From: a virus
Lineage: Duplodnaviria > Caudoviricetes
Virus record (IMG/VR): IMGVR_UViG_3300028384_001023
Location: 1 to 57,138 of that record
DNA length: 57,138 bases
Reading direction: 5' to 3' (one strand)
In this document: one piece after another, positions 9,837 to 17,667 of the stretch
How the letters are laid out: every line of letters begins with the position of its first letter
Numbering within the stretch: position 1 is the first letter of the stretch
Notes under the pieces: model-generated
Told to the model about the DNA's origin: nothing
The model's database searches: none
What the model saw: the letters and a program-made list of their open reading frames with translations, nothing else
Position numbers and translations under genes: made by a program

Positions 9837-10458
9837 AGTAGTACACCTGATTGGTAACGGTGATAGCGCTATGCTGTATCAAAAGTTTGAAGAACGAAAA
9901 GGCTTGAAACTGACATGCAATATCCCACCCTTTGAGGTTCCTGATGCTTATGCTACGTGCATTGTAGATTTTAAGTTCATTGATACGATCAAAAAGGGTG
10001 AATTAGATCCTCGAGGTCAATGGATTTGTGGTGTACGACCAAAGATGTATTGCGAGAAACATGTCAATTGGCATATGAAGGTCGCTCATCGCATCAAAGA
10101 ATTCTATACAAAAAAGCCTAAGTATGCAAAAAATTACACTGACTTTAATTGTGGTCATTTCGCAGCATATTATGCATTAGAAAAACTCAAAGCCGATGAA
10201 ATCCATATGTACGGCTTTGACTCAATACTTGATATGAACTTACGTAGCTACACAGATCTCGTATTGGGATCAGATCGTGGTGCTATGAATAACGTCAGAC
10301 TATCAGGAAATTGGCGCCCGATTTGGGAAAATATGTTCAAAGAATTTAAGAACGTAAACTTTCACCTCTATCATTTTCATAATAAAGCAAAGATCAAGGT
10401 GGCTGATAACGTAGAAATTCACGTTATACCAAAAAAAGGTTTACAAGCTGCTGGATAA
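9829..10458 (+). CDS. putative Maf/DUF115/CstII-fold transferase
   Basis: LIGNGDS N-terminal motif and NCGHFAAYYAL...IHMYGFD. Confidence 0.45.
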   Translation: MARVVHLIGNGDSAMLYQKFEERKGLKLTCNIPPFEVPDAYATCIVDFKFIDTIKKGELDPRGQWICGVRPKMYCEKHVNWHMKVAHRIKEFYTKKPKYAKNYTDFNCGHFAAYYALEKLKADEIHMYGFDSILDMNLRSYTDLVLGSDRGAMNNVRLSGNWRPIWENMFKEFKNVNFHLYHFHNKAKIKVADNVEIHVIPKKGLQAAG

Positions 10459-10468
10459 GTGGTATAAT
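10440..10468 (+). promoter_or_regulatory. sigma70-type early promoter
   Basis: A-tract, TTTACA-17 bp-TATAAT, with TGG before the -10. Confidence 0.85.
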
Positions 10469-10494
10469 AGACCTATAATTGAGAGAGGTTTATT

Positions 10495-10914
10495 ATGATT
10501 TATTTGGATATCGAAAATGGTACTGCAGAAGAAAGAGCTCTGGCAAAAGAAGCTTTTTACTTTGCTATCGAAAAGTTAATGCCACGTAAGAAAAACTTAG
10601 ACGTAACAATCACATTTGTTGACTTTACTGATTCTGTTGATGGATATCATGAATATATAGATAAGGGCGAACATAATATCGAGTTACAAACTGGTTTATC
10701 TCAAGAAGACCTAATCACTGTGGTATTTCATGAAATGGTTCATGTACGTCAGCATGAACGAAATCAATTGAAAGATCGTGGTGTAATCAAAGTTTGGAAC
10801 GGTGTAGAATATTTAAGTCTATATAGCACCACAGAAGAATATATGTCTCTACCTTGGGAAAAAGAAGCATATCAACTACAGGAAGAACTGTACAATGAGT
10901 ATTTGTCCATATAG
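10495..10914 (+). CDS. zinc metallopeptidase-like protein
   Basis: FHEMVH (HExxH) and PWEKEA. Confidence 0.75.
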   Translation: MIYLDIENGTAEERALAKEAFYFAIEKLMPRKKNLDVTITFVDFTDSVDGYHEYIDKGEHNIELQTGLSQEDLITVVFHEMVHVRQHERNQLKDRGVIKVWNGVEYLSLYSTTEEYMSLPWEKEAYQLQEELYNEYLSI

Positions 10915-11719
10915 ATTATTTGTTGCTATAGCTATACATGCTTTAGCAGCAACATTTATATACAATAATATCTATACCGAAGGTTTATATTGGCAGGTGC
11001 CAGTTGTGATTGGCCTTGTCTTATTACAGGTTTTTACTGTATCAACTTTCTTACATAAGATGTTATCACACCGTGTTTGGAAATTCAAGTATAAGGTACT
11101 TGATTGGTTTTTTGCAACATTCGCTATGACAATTGGTCATGTATTTCCTGGTGATCCACTCACATGGTCTGTTATCCATCGATTGCATCATGCCCACGTT
11201 GATAAAGATATGGATCCACATAGTCCATCTCGAGTTGGCTTATTAGTATCTCACTTTCATCTATGGAAACCACCTGTATGGGAGGAAGTAGATCGTAAGT
11301 ATTATTTTGATTTGATGAAACACTATCGACATCTCTTCTTCTTTAGTCAATATCCTATTGCAATCGCTGTTGTATTATGGCTATCAGTATTTTTATTATT
11401 TGGTATCGAAGGTGTTGCTTTACTTGGTATGGCATCTTTCGTTGAGTTTCATGGATTAGGTGTTATTGACGCATACTCACATGCAGAAGGTGAAGGTAAG
11501 ACTCGTAGCATTCCGTGGTGGTTAGTCGCTATCGGTCTAAACGATCCTGAAGGCTCTTATCATAAAGAACATCATGATCATCCTGATGTCTATAGCTTTA
11601 ATCCTACTTGGATCGATTATCCTTCTCGTATTATGGAGATCTTATCAACGATAGGTCTAGTTGAAATTAAAGGTAGAAAGTTCAAGAATCGTAATGAAGT
11701 ATTTGAAGGTAAAGTTTGA
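10895..11719 (+). CDS. membrane fatty-acid desaturase (delta-9 type)
   Basis: His boxes HKMLSH, HRLHH, HKEHH; DPHSP; hydrophobic segments. Confidence 0.85.
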   Translation: MSICPYRLFVAIAIHALAATFIYNNIYTEGLYWQVPVVIGLVLLQVFTVSTFLHKMLSHRVWKFKYKVLDWFFATFAMTIGHVFPGDPLTWSVIHRLHHAHVDKDMDPHSPSRVGLLVSHFHLWKPPVWEEVDRKYYFDLMKHYRHLFFFSQYPIAIAVVLWLSVFLLFGIEGVALLGMASFVEFHGLGVIDAYSHAEGEGKTRSIPWWLVAIGLNDPEGSYHKEHHDHPDVYSFNPTWIDYPSRIMEILSTIGLVEIKGRKFKNRNEVFEGKV

Positions 11720-12500
11720 TACTGGTAAATCTCTAGACATCTACCCGTTTCTCGACGATTTCAGCCAAATGTGGTTCGAAGAAGTTGAGAAAAACGTTCA
11801 TGACATTTGGGAAAGAGACCGAATACACGGTCTTAATGATCAATGGACTGAAGATACGTTGATTACTAAGCTGCAGTCATGTATCAAGATGATTAGACAT
11901 TATAGAGAACTACCTGATACAAACGACTTAAATAAACTACACACATATTTTGAAGAGATGATGGAGCCAGAATACTTTAATAAGGCTCCTAGTCTCGTAC
12001 AAAAATATATTATTGAGTTTAATACTCTAATACATCACTTAGAGAGTTTAGGTAGTACGAGAATCGTATGTACGTTTAAACATCGTGATCGTTATTTACT
12101 CGACGAATCTATGCAAAAGAGATTTAATTTTGATCAAAAACCTGGAACTGTTTGTATAAATTATTGTCATGTAGGTAAACCATTATATGATATTTACCAC
12201 GACGAAGACAATCATGTATCGAAGATAGTAAATCAAGAGGCTTGGTCAGCAGACTTCACGATCATTTATCAACATGGTAAACATAAATCATTTGACTCAC
12301 AAGCTGAAAAATGGTGTGACGATAATTGTGTATCTCCGAGATCATGGGGATTAATTGACGTTGGTAGAACTGATACGACCGCAGAAGAAATTAGTAATAT
12401 TAAGTATATAGAAGAATTATCAATTGAAATTGATCATGAAGAGGCTTATGCTGCAGAATGGCAAAATATGATGGACTTATACCAAACAGACAACGTTTAG
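11694..12500 (+). CDS. hypothetical protein
   Basis: Long ORF overlapping both neighbours in the operon. Confidence 0.7.
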   Translation: MKYLKVKFDTGKSLDIYPFLDDFSQMWFEEVEKNVHDIWERDRIHGLNDQWTEDTLITKLQSCIKMIRHYRELPDTNDLNKLHTYFEEMMEPEYFNKAPSLVQKYIIEFNTLIHHLESLGSTRIVCTFKHRDRYLLDESMQKRFNFDQKPGTVCINYCHVGKPLYDIYHDEDNHVSKIVNQEAWSADFTIIYQHGKHKSFDSQAEKWCDDNCVSPRSWGLIDVGRTDTTAEEISNIKYIEELSIEIDHEEAYAAEWQNMMDLYQTDNV

Positions 12501-13534
12501 TCTCTAAGTCACCTGATAGGTGGCAGTTTGGATATATAAAAAATGGACAAAAACAAATTGACCCTCTTTTGGGTCTTGGTTGCTATACTCTTGGTTTTGA
12601 CAGAGCTGACATTGTTGAATATGTTTCTAATAACCTATTAAAAAACGTTTACGATAATGCTGAAGACTTATTTGGGTCAGATGATTCAGAATTATACTTA
12701 AACGATATTGCTTTTCAGTTACAAGAAAAATTGTTTAATAAAACTGGTTACCACAGTTTTTACGCTTTATCAGGTAGCGATGCTAATGAAGGTGCTATAA
12801 AGCTTTCAGCTGCCGCGCATAAGCTAAGAGGTAACCAAGATAAAAGAGGTGTGATTAGTTTTTACGGTAGCTATCATGGTAGTACGTATCTGAATTATAG
12901 TATGGGAGATGAAAATTTATTTAGTGATCCATTCTATAACTTAATGAAACCTGATTGGATACGTAAGATTCGCTTCGAAGATCTAACAAAGGTTCCATGG
13001 GATAAGATAATGTGTATAGTCATTGAGTCACGTCAATGGGCTAGTGGATTAAGAGAACCACCAAAAGCTTTTTGGAATCAATTAGAAATCATACGAAAAA
13101 CATTTGATGTTGATATTATCATCGATGATATTTTCATGGGCGGAGGCAAGACTGGCGATTGGTGTGGATGGAAAAGTTTACCTATTAAACCAGATATATT
13201 CACACAAGGTAAAGGCATTACAGGAGGTTATTTTCCCTTATCGGCCACTCTCTACTCAGAGCGTATCGCTAAATTATTACCAGACGATTTCTTATGGGAA
13301 CATGGATTTACTTATAGCTTCTCATCTTCAGGCATACTCAGTTGTCTTAAGTTTTTGGAGCTATATGAAGAATGTGATTATATTTCTGTAAACTCTCGAG
13401 CAAATGAAATATTGAAAGATAAAGCAGTTGCTAGTTATGGAAATATATATTACATGGGAGCTAAAGGTTTCCTTGTTGTACCTTTAAATGCAACTGATGA
13501 ATACTTTGAAATGTTAGGAGGATATTATGACTGA
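12458..13534 (+). CDS. class III PLP aminotransferase
   Basis: SGSDANEGAIK, SYHGST, IIDDIFMGGGKTG, PDIFTQGKGITGGYFP, HGFTYS. Confidence 0.88.
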   Translation: MAKYDGLIPNRQRLVSKSPDRWQFGYIKNGQKQIDPLLGLGCYTLGFDRADIVEYVSNNLLKNVYDNAEDLFGSDDSELYLNDIAFQLQEKLFNKTGYHSFYALSGSDANEGAIKLSAAAHKLRGNQDKRGVISFYGSYHGSTYLNYSMGDENLFSDPFYNLMKPDWIRKIRFEDLTKVPWDKIMCIVIESRQWASGLREPPKAFWNQLEIIRKTFDVDIIIDDIFMGGGKTGDWCGWKSLPIKPDIFTQGKGITGGYFPLSATLYSERIAKLLPDDFLWEHGFTYSFSSSGILSCLKFLELYEECDYISVNSRANEILKDKAVASYGNIYYMGAKGFLVVPLNATDEYFEMLGGYYD

Positions 13535-13634
13535 AATAGAAGCACTGAAAAAAGATAACGCAGAACTAACAAAGGCTTTGTATGCAGCCTACGCTCGCAT
13601 TAAAGAGCTCACAGAAAAAAGCGAAAAAAATTAA
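13527..13634 (+). CDS. small coiled-coil protein (35 aa, not in ORF track)
   Basis: AGGAGG RBS; MTEIEALKKDNAELTKALYAAYARIKEL. Confidence 0.6.
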   Translation: MTEIEALKKDNAELTKALYAAYARIKELTEKSEKN

Positions 13635-13653
13635 AAAAAAGTGAAAAAAACTG

Positions 13654-13682
13654 TGTACAATCTGCCCAAAGCATGGTATAAT
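13654..13682 (+). promoter_or_regulatory. sigma70-type early promoter
   Basis: Long A-tracts, TGTACA-17 bp-TATAAT, with TGG before the -10. Confidence 0.8.
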
Positions 13683-13718
13683 ATACCTATAAAATGAAAA
13701 AAGCTGAGGAGCTAAACA

Positions 13719-13883
13719 ATGAAAAAAGTTATCGAATATTTTACCATCACTGCAACCATGGAAAACGGTGACAAGTGGGAAACACGTCGTCATACACGTG
13801 ACGGTTTGACTGATGTTATCAACTCTATCTGGAAAGATGACAAAGTCGTATCATTCTCTGTTGTTGAAAAGGTGGCTGCATAA
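13719..13883 (+). CDS. hypothetical early protein (54 aa, not in ORF track)
   Basis: GAGGAG RBS; MKKVIEYFTITAT...EKVAA; TAATG coupling to next gene. Confidence 0.7.
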   Translation: MKKVIEYFTITATMENGDKWETRRHTRDGLTDVINSIWKDDKVVSFSVVEKVAA

Positions 13884-14167
13884 TGGAAAAGGCATTAGTA
13901 GATTATATCTTAGCACAACGTGCTGAAGCAGAAGCATTTACTGCAGCTGCACCTGGTAACTTTATGGGTATGCTTCCACATCCAGACGAGTTTGTTTATT
14001 GGTCAAGTCGTGTGCCAACTGGTACAATGGCTGAGTTCGAGCGGATTGAGCTTGAAGAGTCAGCGTACTATATGGCTGCAGATGCGATGAGCAAGTCTTA
14101 TGCTCGTTTCATTAGTCCTAAACTGTCAGAGATGACAAACGGTGAGCTACACCATTCGTACACGTAA
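13883..14167 (+). CDS. hypothetical protein
   Basis: Translationally coupled ORF. Confidence 0.65.
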   Translation: MEKALVDYILAQRAEAEAFTAAAPGNFMGMLPHPDEFVYWSSRVPTGTMAEFERIELEESAYYMAADAMSKSYARFISPKLSEMTNGELHHSYT

Positions 14168-14303
14168 GTTATGGCATTGTCTCGTAGCTCCTGATGGAGT
14201 ACACTATTATGATGAGATAGATAGTATCATGGGTCCTTACAAGAAGGCAAAGCGAGAGACAGTAAAGGACATCATCTCATATATCGAATTCCAGCGAGGT
14301 TGA
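14142..14303 (+). CDS. possible small protein or gene remnant (53 aa)
   Basis: GTG-SYTIRTRKLWHCLVAPDG...EFQRG; no clear RBS. Confidence 0.4.
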   Translation: MSYTIRTRKLWHCLVAPDGVHYYDEIDSIMGPYKKAKRETVKDIISYIEFQRG

Positions 14304-14439
14304 GTATTAGCTCCTCTCTCGCTCCCTCGCTGGAACACAAATGGAAAGTCCTGAGTAAGACTAACTCGCGGGGTACAAAGTTAGAAGCAATGTTGCTTAC
14401 TATACCACGTCATGTGAAGAAGAGAAAACTGCTTTTTTT
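14289..14439 (+). ncRNA. candidate structured small RNA (11-bp hairpin with anti-RBS loop plus further stems, ending in a T run)
   Basis: TTCCAGCGAGG/CCTCGCTGGAA; CTAACT/AGTTAG; AAGCA/TGCTT; T7 tract. Confidence 0.4.
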
Positions 14440-14481
14440 AAATTGTCGAACGAGTAAAAACGTGGTTAAGCCGGGAACGAC

Positions 14482-14489
14482 TATAAATA
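14482..14489 (+). promoter_or_regulatory. T4-type late promoter
   Basis: TATAAATA in a region without a credible gene. Confidence 0.7.
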
Positions 14490-14494
14490 AAGAC

Positions 14495-14630
14495 ACCGGT
14501 AGGAAGAGGGTAATCCTTCATAAGAAACCCTCATAACAAATGGAGAATGCATCCAGCACGTATATACTGGCTCTGCTTAATTTAAGGGTGATGCCTTAAT
14601 ACATCCGCGGTGGCCAACGGTTAGCCACCA
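14495..14630 (+). ncRNA. candidate pseudoknot-rich RNA or structured leader
   Basis: Interleaved complementary pairs directly after late promoter (see findings). Confidence 0.4.
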
Positions 14631-14650
14631 ACTTAATATTGGAGAAAAAC

Positions 14651-14857
14651 ATGATTGCAATTATCGGTCTGTTAGCACTCTTCTCAGTTAATGAGCGTGA
14701 GTTCTTAGACGAAAAACTTAAATGGAACGAACAGGGCTATAACTATTGGGCACAGATTGGTTGTCGTGCACCAGATCCAAATGCCAAGTCGATCACGATT
14801 AAAACACCGATTGGAAATGAGTACGTATGCTTCAAACAAGTGAAACGCCCAGAGTAA
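14651..14857 (+). CDS. hypothetical protein with N-terminal hydrophobic segment
   Basis: GGAG RBS; MIAIIGLLALFSV. Confidence 0.6.
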   Translation: MIAIIGLLALFSVNEREFLDEKLKWNEQGYNYWAQIGCRAPDPNAKSITIKTPIGNEYVCFKQVKRPE

Positions 14858-14986
14858 ACATAGGTGATTATCTTCTATGTTGTATATCGGCATGGATGAT
14901 GACACAATCGATACTTAATGGTAGTGTGTTTTGGTTTTTGATTGGTTACATGCTTTTTGTTAACTATGCAGTATGGAGAAAAGAAA

Positions 14987-15247
14987 ATGTCTGATGATTT
15001 TGATTTTGGTTTCACTGCGGTAGATGAAGCAGAACTCGATGTAGTAAAAAAGAAGCAAGAGACTATTGACCTACTTGATGTTGGTCAAAATGTGACTCAA
15101 GATAAGCTCGATCGTTTGTATAATGCTATCACACCTCTGCTTAATAATCTCAAAAAGAATCCTGAAAAGGACTATATCCTCTGGCCTAATCGCGTCGAGA
15201 AGGTTGATCAGTTTGAAGACATGCTGAGAAAAATTTACAATTCGTAA
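14987..15247 (+). CDS. hypothetical protein of a type seen in T4-like phages
   Basis: GGAG RBS; DFDFGFTAVDE...LKKNPEKDYILWPNR. Confidence 0.7.
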   Translation: MSDDFDFGFTAVDEAELDVVKKKQETIDLLDVGQNVTQDKLDRLYNAITPLLNNLKKNPEKDYILWPNRVEKVDQFEDMLRKIYNS

Positions 15248-15256
15248 AAAAAAGCA

Positions 15257-15285
15257 TGTACAACTGTGTGATTATATGGTAGAAT
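15257..15285 (+). promoter_or_regulatory. sigma70-type early promoter
   Basis: A-tract, TGTACA-17 bp-TAGAAT, with TGG before the -10. Confidence 0.75.
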
Positions 15286-15317
15286 ATACCAGTAAAATTG
15301 ATAATGAGGAGTTTACT

Positions 15318-15566
15318 ATGGCTAAAATGGCAATCACTAAAGGTATGACACAAGACGAGCGTCTTGCAGTTATTCGTAGACATTCTGCTAAATTTACTAA
15401 AAAGCTAAAGCGTAACCAGCGTGTACGTAAGACTGAGACCGAATCATATGAAAAGTATGATAATGGTAATAACATCTATGCGTGGACAGATGCTCCACAA
15501 TATGCGGAGAAATATTATGGTGAGCAGATGCGCGATACCATTGCTATGGATAATGATTGGAACTAG
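15318..15566 (+). CDS. hypothetical early protein
   Basis: GAGGAG RBS; first gene after promoter. Confidence 0.7.
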   Translation: MAKMAITKGMTQDERLAVIRRHSAKFTKKLKRNQRVRKTETESYEKYDNGNNIYAWTDAPQYAEKYYGEQMRDTIAMDNDWN

Positions 15567-15813
15567 TGCGTCAGCACAAGATTGTTTCTATGAGCAACGT
15601 TCAAAGTATGAAGACGGTACTGTTGTCAATTCAATTACTCAATACGATTGTAAGACACCACCCGAAGTCATCTATATAGAACGTGATAAGCCCGAGGAAC
15701 CAAAGCCTCGTTTTGATACGCCGTCCTTTTTCTTTGGTGCCACAGCGAAGAAAGACCTCGACACTGTGCTAACTGGACTGCTTTCGACCGTAGTGAGTAT
15801 AGGTGGATTATGA
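15517..15813 (+). CDS. putative secreted protein
   Basis: GGAG RBS; signal-peptide-like MVSRCAIPLLWIMIGTSASA-QD. Confidence 0.55.
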   Translation: MVSRCAIPLLWIMIGTSASAQDCFYEQRSKYEDGTVVNSITQYDCKTPPEVIYIERDKPEEPKPRFDTPSFFFGATAKKDLDTVLTGLLSTVVSIGGL

Positions 15814-15935
15814 TTAGGTTGGGAATTGGATTCATTGCTGGAGTTGTGACAGTAGTGTTTTATCCAGAAGTTTTAGATTGGTTTACTACTTCTGGAATGA
15901 GAGATCAATTGATTGATAGATTGGAATCGTTATGA
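15810..15935 (+). CDS. small membrane protein (41 aa, not in ORF track)
   Basis: MIRLGIGFIAGVVTVVFYPEV; ATGA overlaps on both sides. Confidence 0.65.
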   Translation: MIRLGIGFIAGVVTVVFYPEVLDWFTTSGMRDQLIDRLESL

Positions 15936-16528
15936 GAAATATCATCGCATTAAGTATGGTGACTGCACTCGCAGCATGTTCGAACAAGGTTCCACCTGAT
16001 TCAGTAATGTCTCAGATGGAATATGATTACAAGATGAAGCAAGTCGAAAATCAAATCGACGATATGCCTAATTGGTATGAAGAGCCACCTGTAAAAGACG
16101 AAGCTGTCTATGCTGTTGGTACAGCAGTTACTCCAAACCTGCAATTGTCAGTTGATATTGCTGTACTATCGGCTAAGACTACTCTTGCTGATCGTGTTGA
16201 CTCTCGACTTCGTTCACAGCTCAAGACTTTTAAAGGTCGTGTGGGTGCGGATGATTTTGACAGTCAAGTAACTCAAGAGTTTGAACAGGTTACTCGCAAC
16301 TTAATCGCCGATGCTGACGTCGCTGGGTATCGGGTAAATAAGAAAAAGATCGTACAAAACGGTACACAGTATCGAGCGTATGTTCTTCTTGAGTATACCG
16401 ACCTTGAAGCAAAGAAGGTCTTACGTAATCGTTTGATGAAGAGTCGTATGGTTATGGGCAAGATTGAGGCTACAAAGGCTTGGGACGAATTGAATGAAGC
16501 TGTAGAGAAAGAACTAAATCGTCAATGA
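15932..16528 (+). CDS. lipoprotein (LPP20-like)
   Basis: Lipobox LAAC; PNWY...YAVGTA...AVLSAKTTLA. Confidence 0.7.
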   Translation: MRNIIALSMVTALAACSNKVPPDSVMSQMEYDYKMKQVENQIDDMPNWYEEPPVKDEAVYAVGTAVTPNLQLSVDIAVLSAKTTLADRVDSRLRSQLKTFKGRVGADDFDSQVTQEFEQVTRNLIADADVAGYRVNKKKIVQNGTQYRAYVLLEYTDLEAKKVLRNRLMKSRMVMGKIEATKAWDELNEAVEKELNRQ

Positions 16529-17667
16529 AAAGAGTAGCTGTAACCGGCATTGGGATGATCGACGCATTAGGTAATAATCCTAAAGATTGCTTCGATCATC
16601 TCTTAGATGATAACATCTATGATCGTCACTTTGATGATATCGTGTATCCACGTAAGGCTGTCAAAGTTGATCGTTGTCATATGCCGACTACAGATACGAT
16701 ATTACCAGAAGACTTTAATCCAAAGCTTCTGAAGAACATGCCAAGATCTATGCATACTGGATTGCATAGTGTACATCAGGCACTACAAGATGCAAATATA
16801 GAATATAGCTCTAACGTAGGTGTTTTCTATTCTACCTGTTGTAGTAAAGATGGTTTATATGAGATGATGGCTATTACTGAACGCATGCATCCTCTCAAGG
16901 CATTAAATTTACCAGTTGATTCAACTGCTGGTGTAATATCACAACATTATGGTTATACAGGAATTAACTTTGCTGCTCAGTCAGCATGTGCCACTGGTCT
17001 TGTTACTATTGATATGGCTATGAAGTTCTTAGATCAATATGATTATGTTATCGTCGGTGGATCAGATAATGGTGTCAACGAGGTAGATCTCGAGGTTTTT
17101 ACTTCGTTACGTGCTCTTGGTAATAAGTCGATGCCGTTTGATAAAAACCGCGAAGGGTTTGTCATGGGCGAAGGCGCTGGTTGTATGATACTAGAACGAG
17201 AAGAGAACGCAGTTGCTCGAGGTGCCAAGATATATGGTTATCTGTATCCTGTTGCCCATGCATCTGATGCGTTCGATCGTACTAATCCAAGTGGAGTTGG
17301 CGCAGTAACAGTGATGAATAAAGCTATGAATAATGCAGAAGTCTTTGATGTTGACTACGTTAATGCACATGGTACGTCGACTATGATCGGGGATCAAGTA
17401 GAATATGCATCAGTTTCGGAGGTTGGAGAGTATTTAATCACATCGAATAAAGGCAAGATAGGTCATACTTTTGCTGCAGCAGGAATACTCGAGACTATTT
17501 ACTCTTTACTTTCTATTCAACATAACATTATACCTCATACACAAAATTGTATCGATACAGAATTTGATAGGGTGGTAAAAACCCCTATTAAAACAAATGT
17601 CGACTTTGTATTAAATAATTCATTTGGGTTTGGCGGTAAGTGTGCATCACTGGTAATTAGTTCATGA
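16525..17667 (+). CDS. fabF: beta-ketoacyl-ACP synthase (FabF/FabB-like)
   Basis: RVAVTGIG, SACATG (Cys), GFVMGEGAG, NAHGTST (His), GHTFAAAG (His), NSFGFGG. Confidence 0.9.
   Translation: MKRVAVTGIGMIDALGNNPKDCFDHLLDDNIYDRHFDDIVYPRKAVKVDRCHMPTTDTILPEDFNPKLLKNMPRSMHTGLHSVHQALQDANIEYSSNVGVFYSTCCSKDGLYEMMAITERMHPLKALNLPVDSTAGVISQHYGYTGINFAAQSACATGLVTIDMAMKFLDQYDYVIVGGSDNGVNEVDLEVFTSLRALGNKSMPFDKNREGFVMGEGAGCMILEREENAVARGAKIYGYLYPVAHASDAFDRTNPSGVGAVTVMNKAMNNAEVFDVDYVNAHGTSTMIGDQVEYASVSEVGEYLITSNKGKIGHTFAAAGILETIYSLLSIQHNIIPHTQNCIDTEFDRVVKTPIKTNVDFVLNNSFGFGGKCASLVISS

Noticed and set aside
14289-14480. HDV-like, pistol or hammerhead ribozyme (fragments CCTCGCTGG, CGTGGTTA, CTGA..GAAA)
   Set aside because: I could not build the required stems and core nucleotides around these fragments.
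14300-14536. 78-aa ORF in the track
   Set aside because: TTG start without RBS, runs through hairpins, a T-tract and a late promoter; more consistent with non-coding structure.
14609-14630. tRNA or complete tmRNA suggested by the GCCACCA end
   Set aside because: No TTCRA T-loop, D-arm or separate acceptor stem; the CCA is part of a local hairpin.
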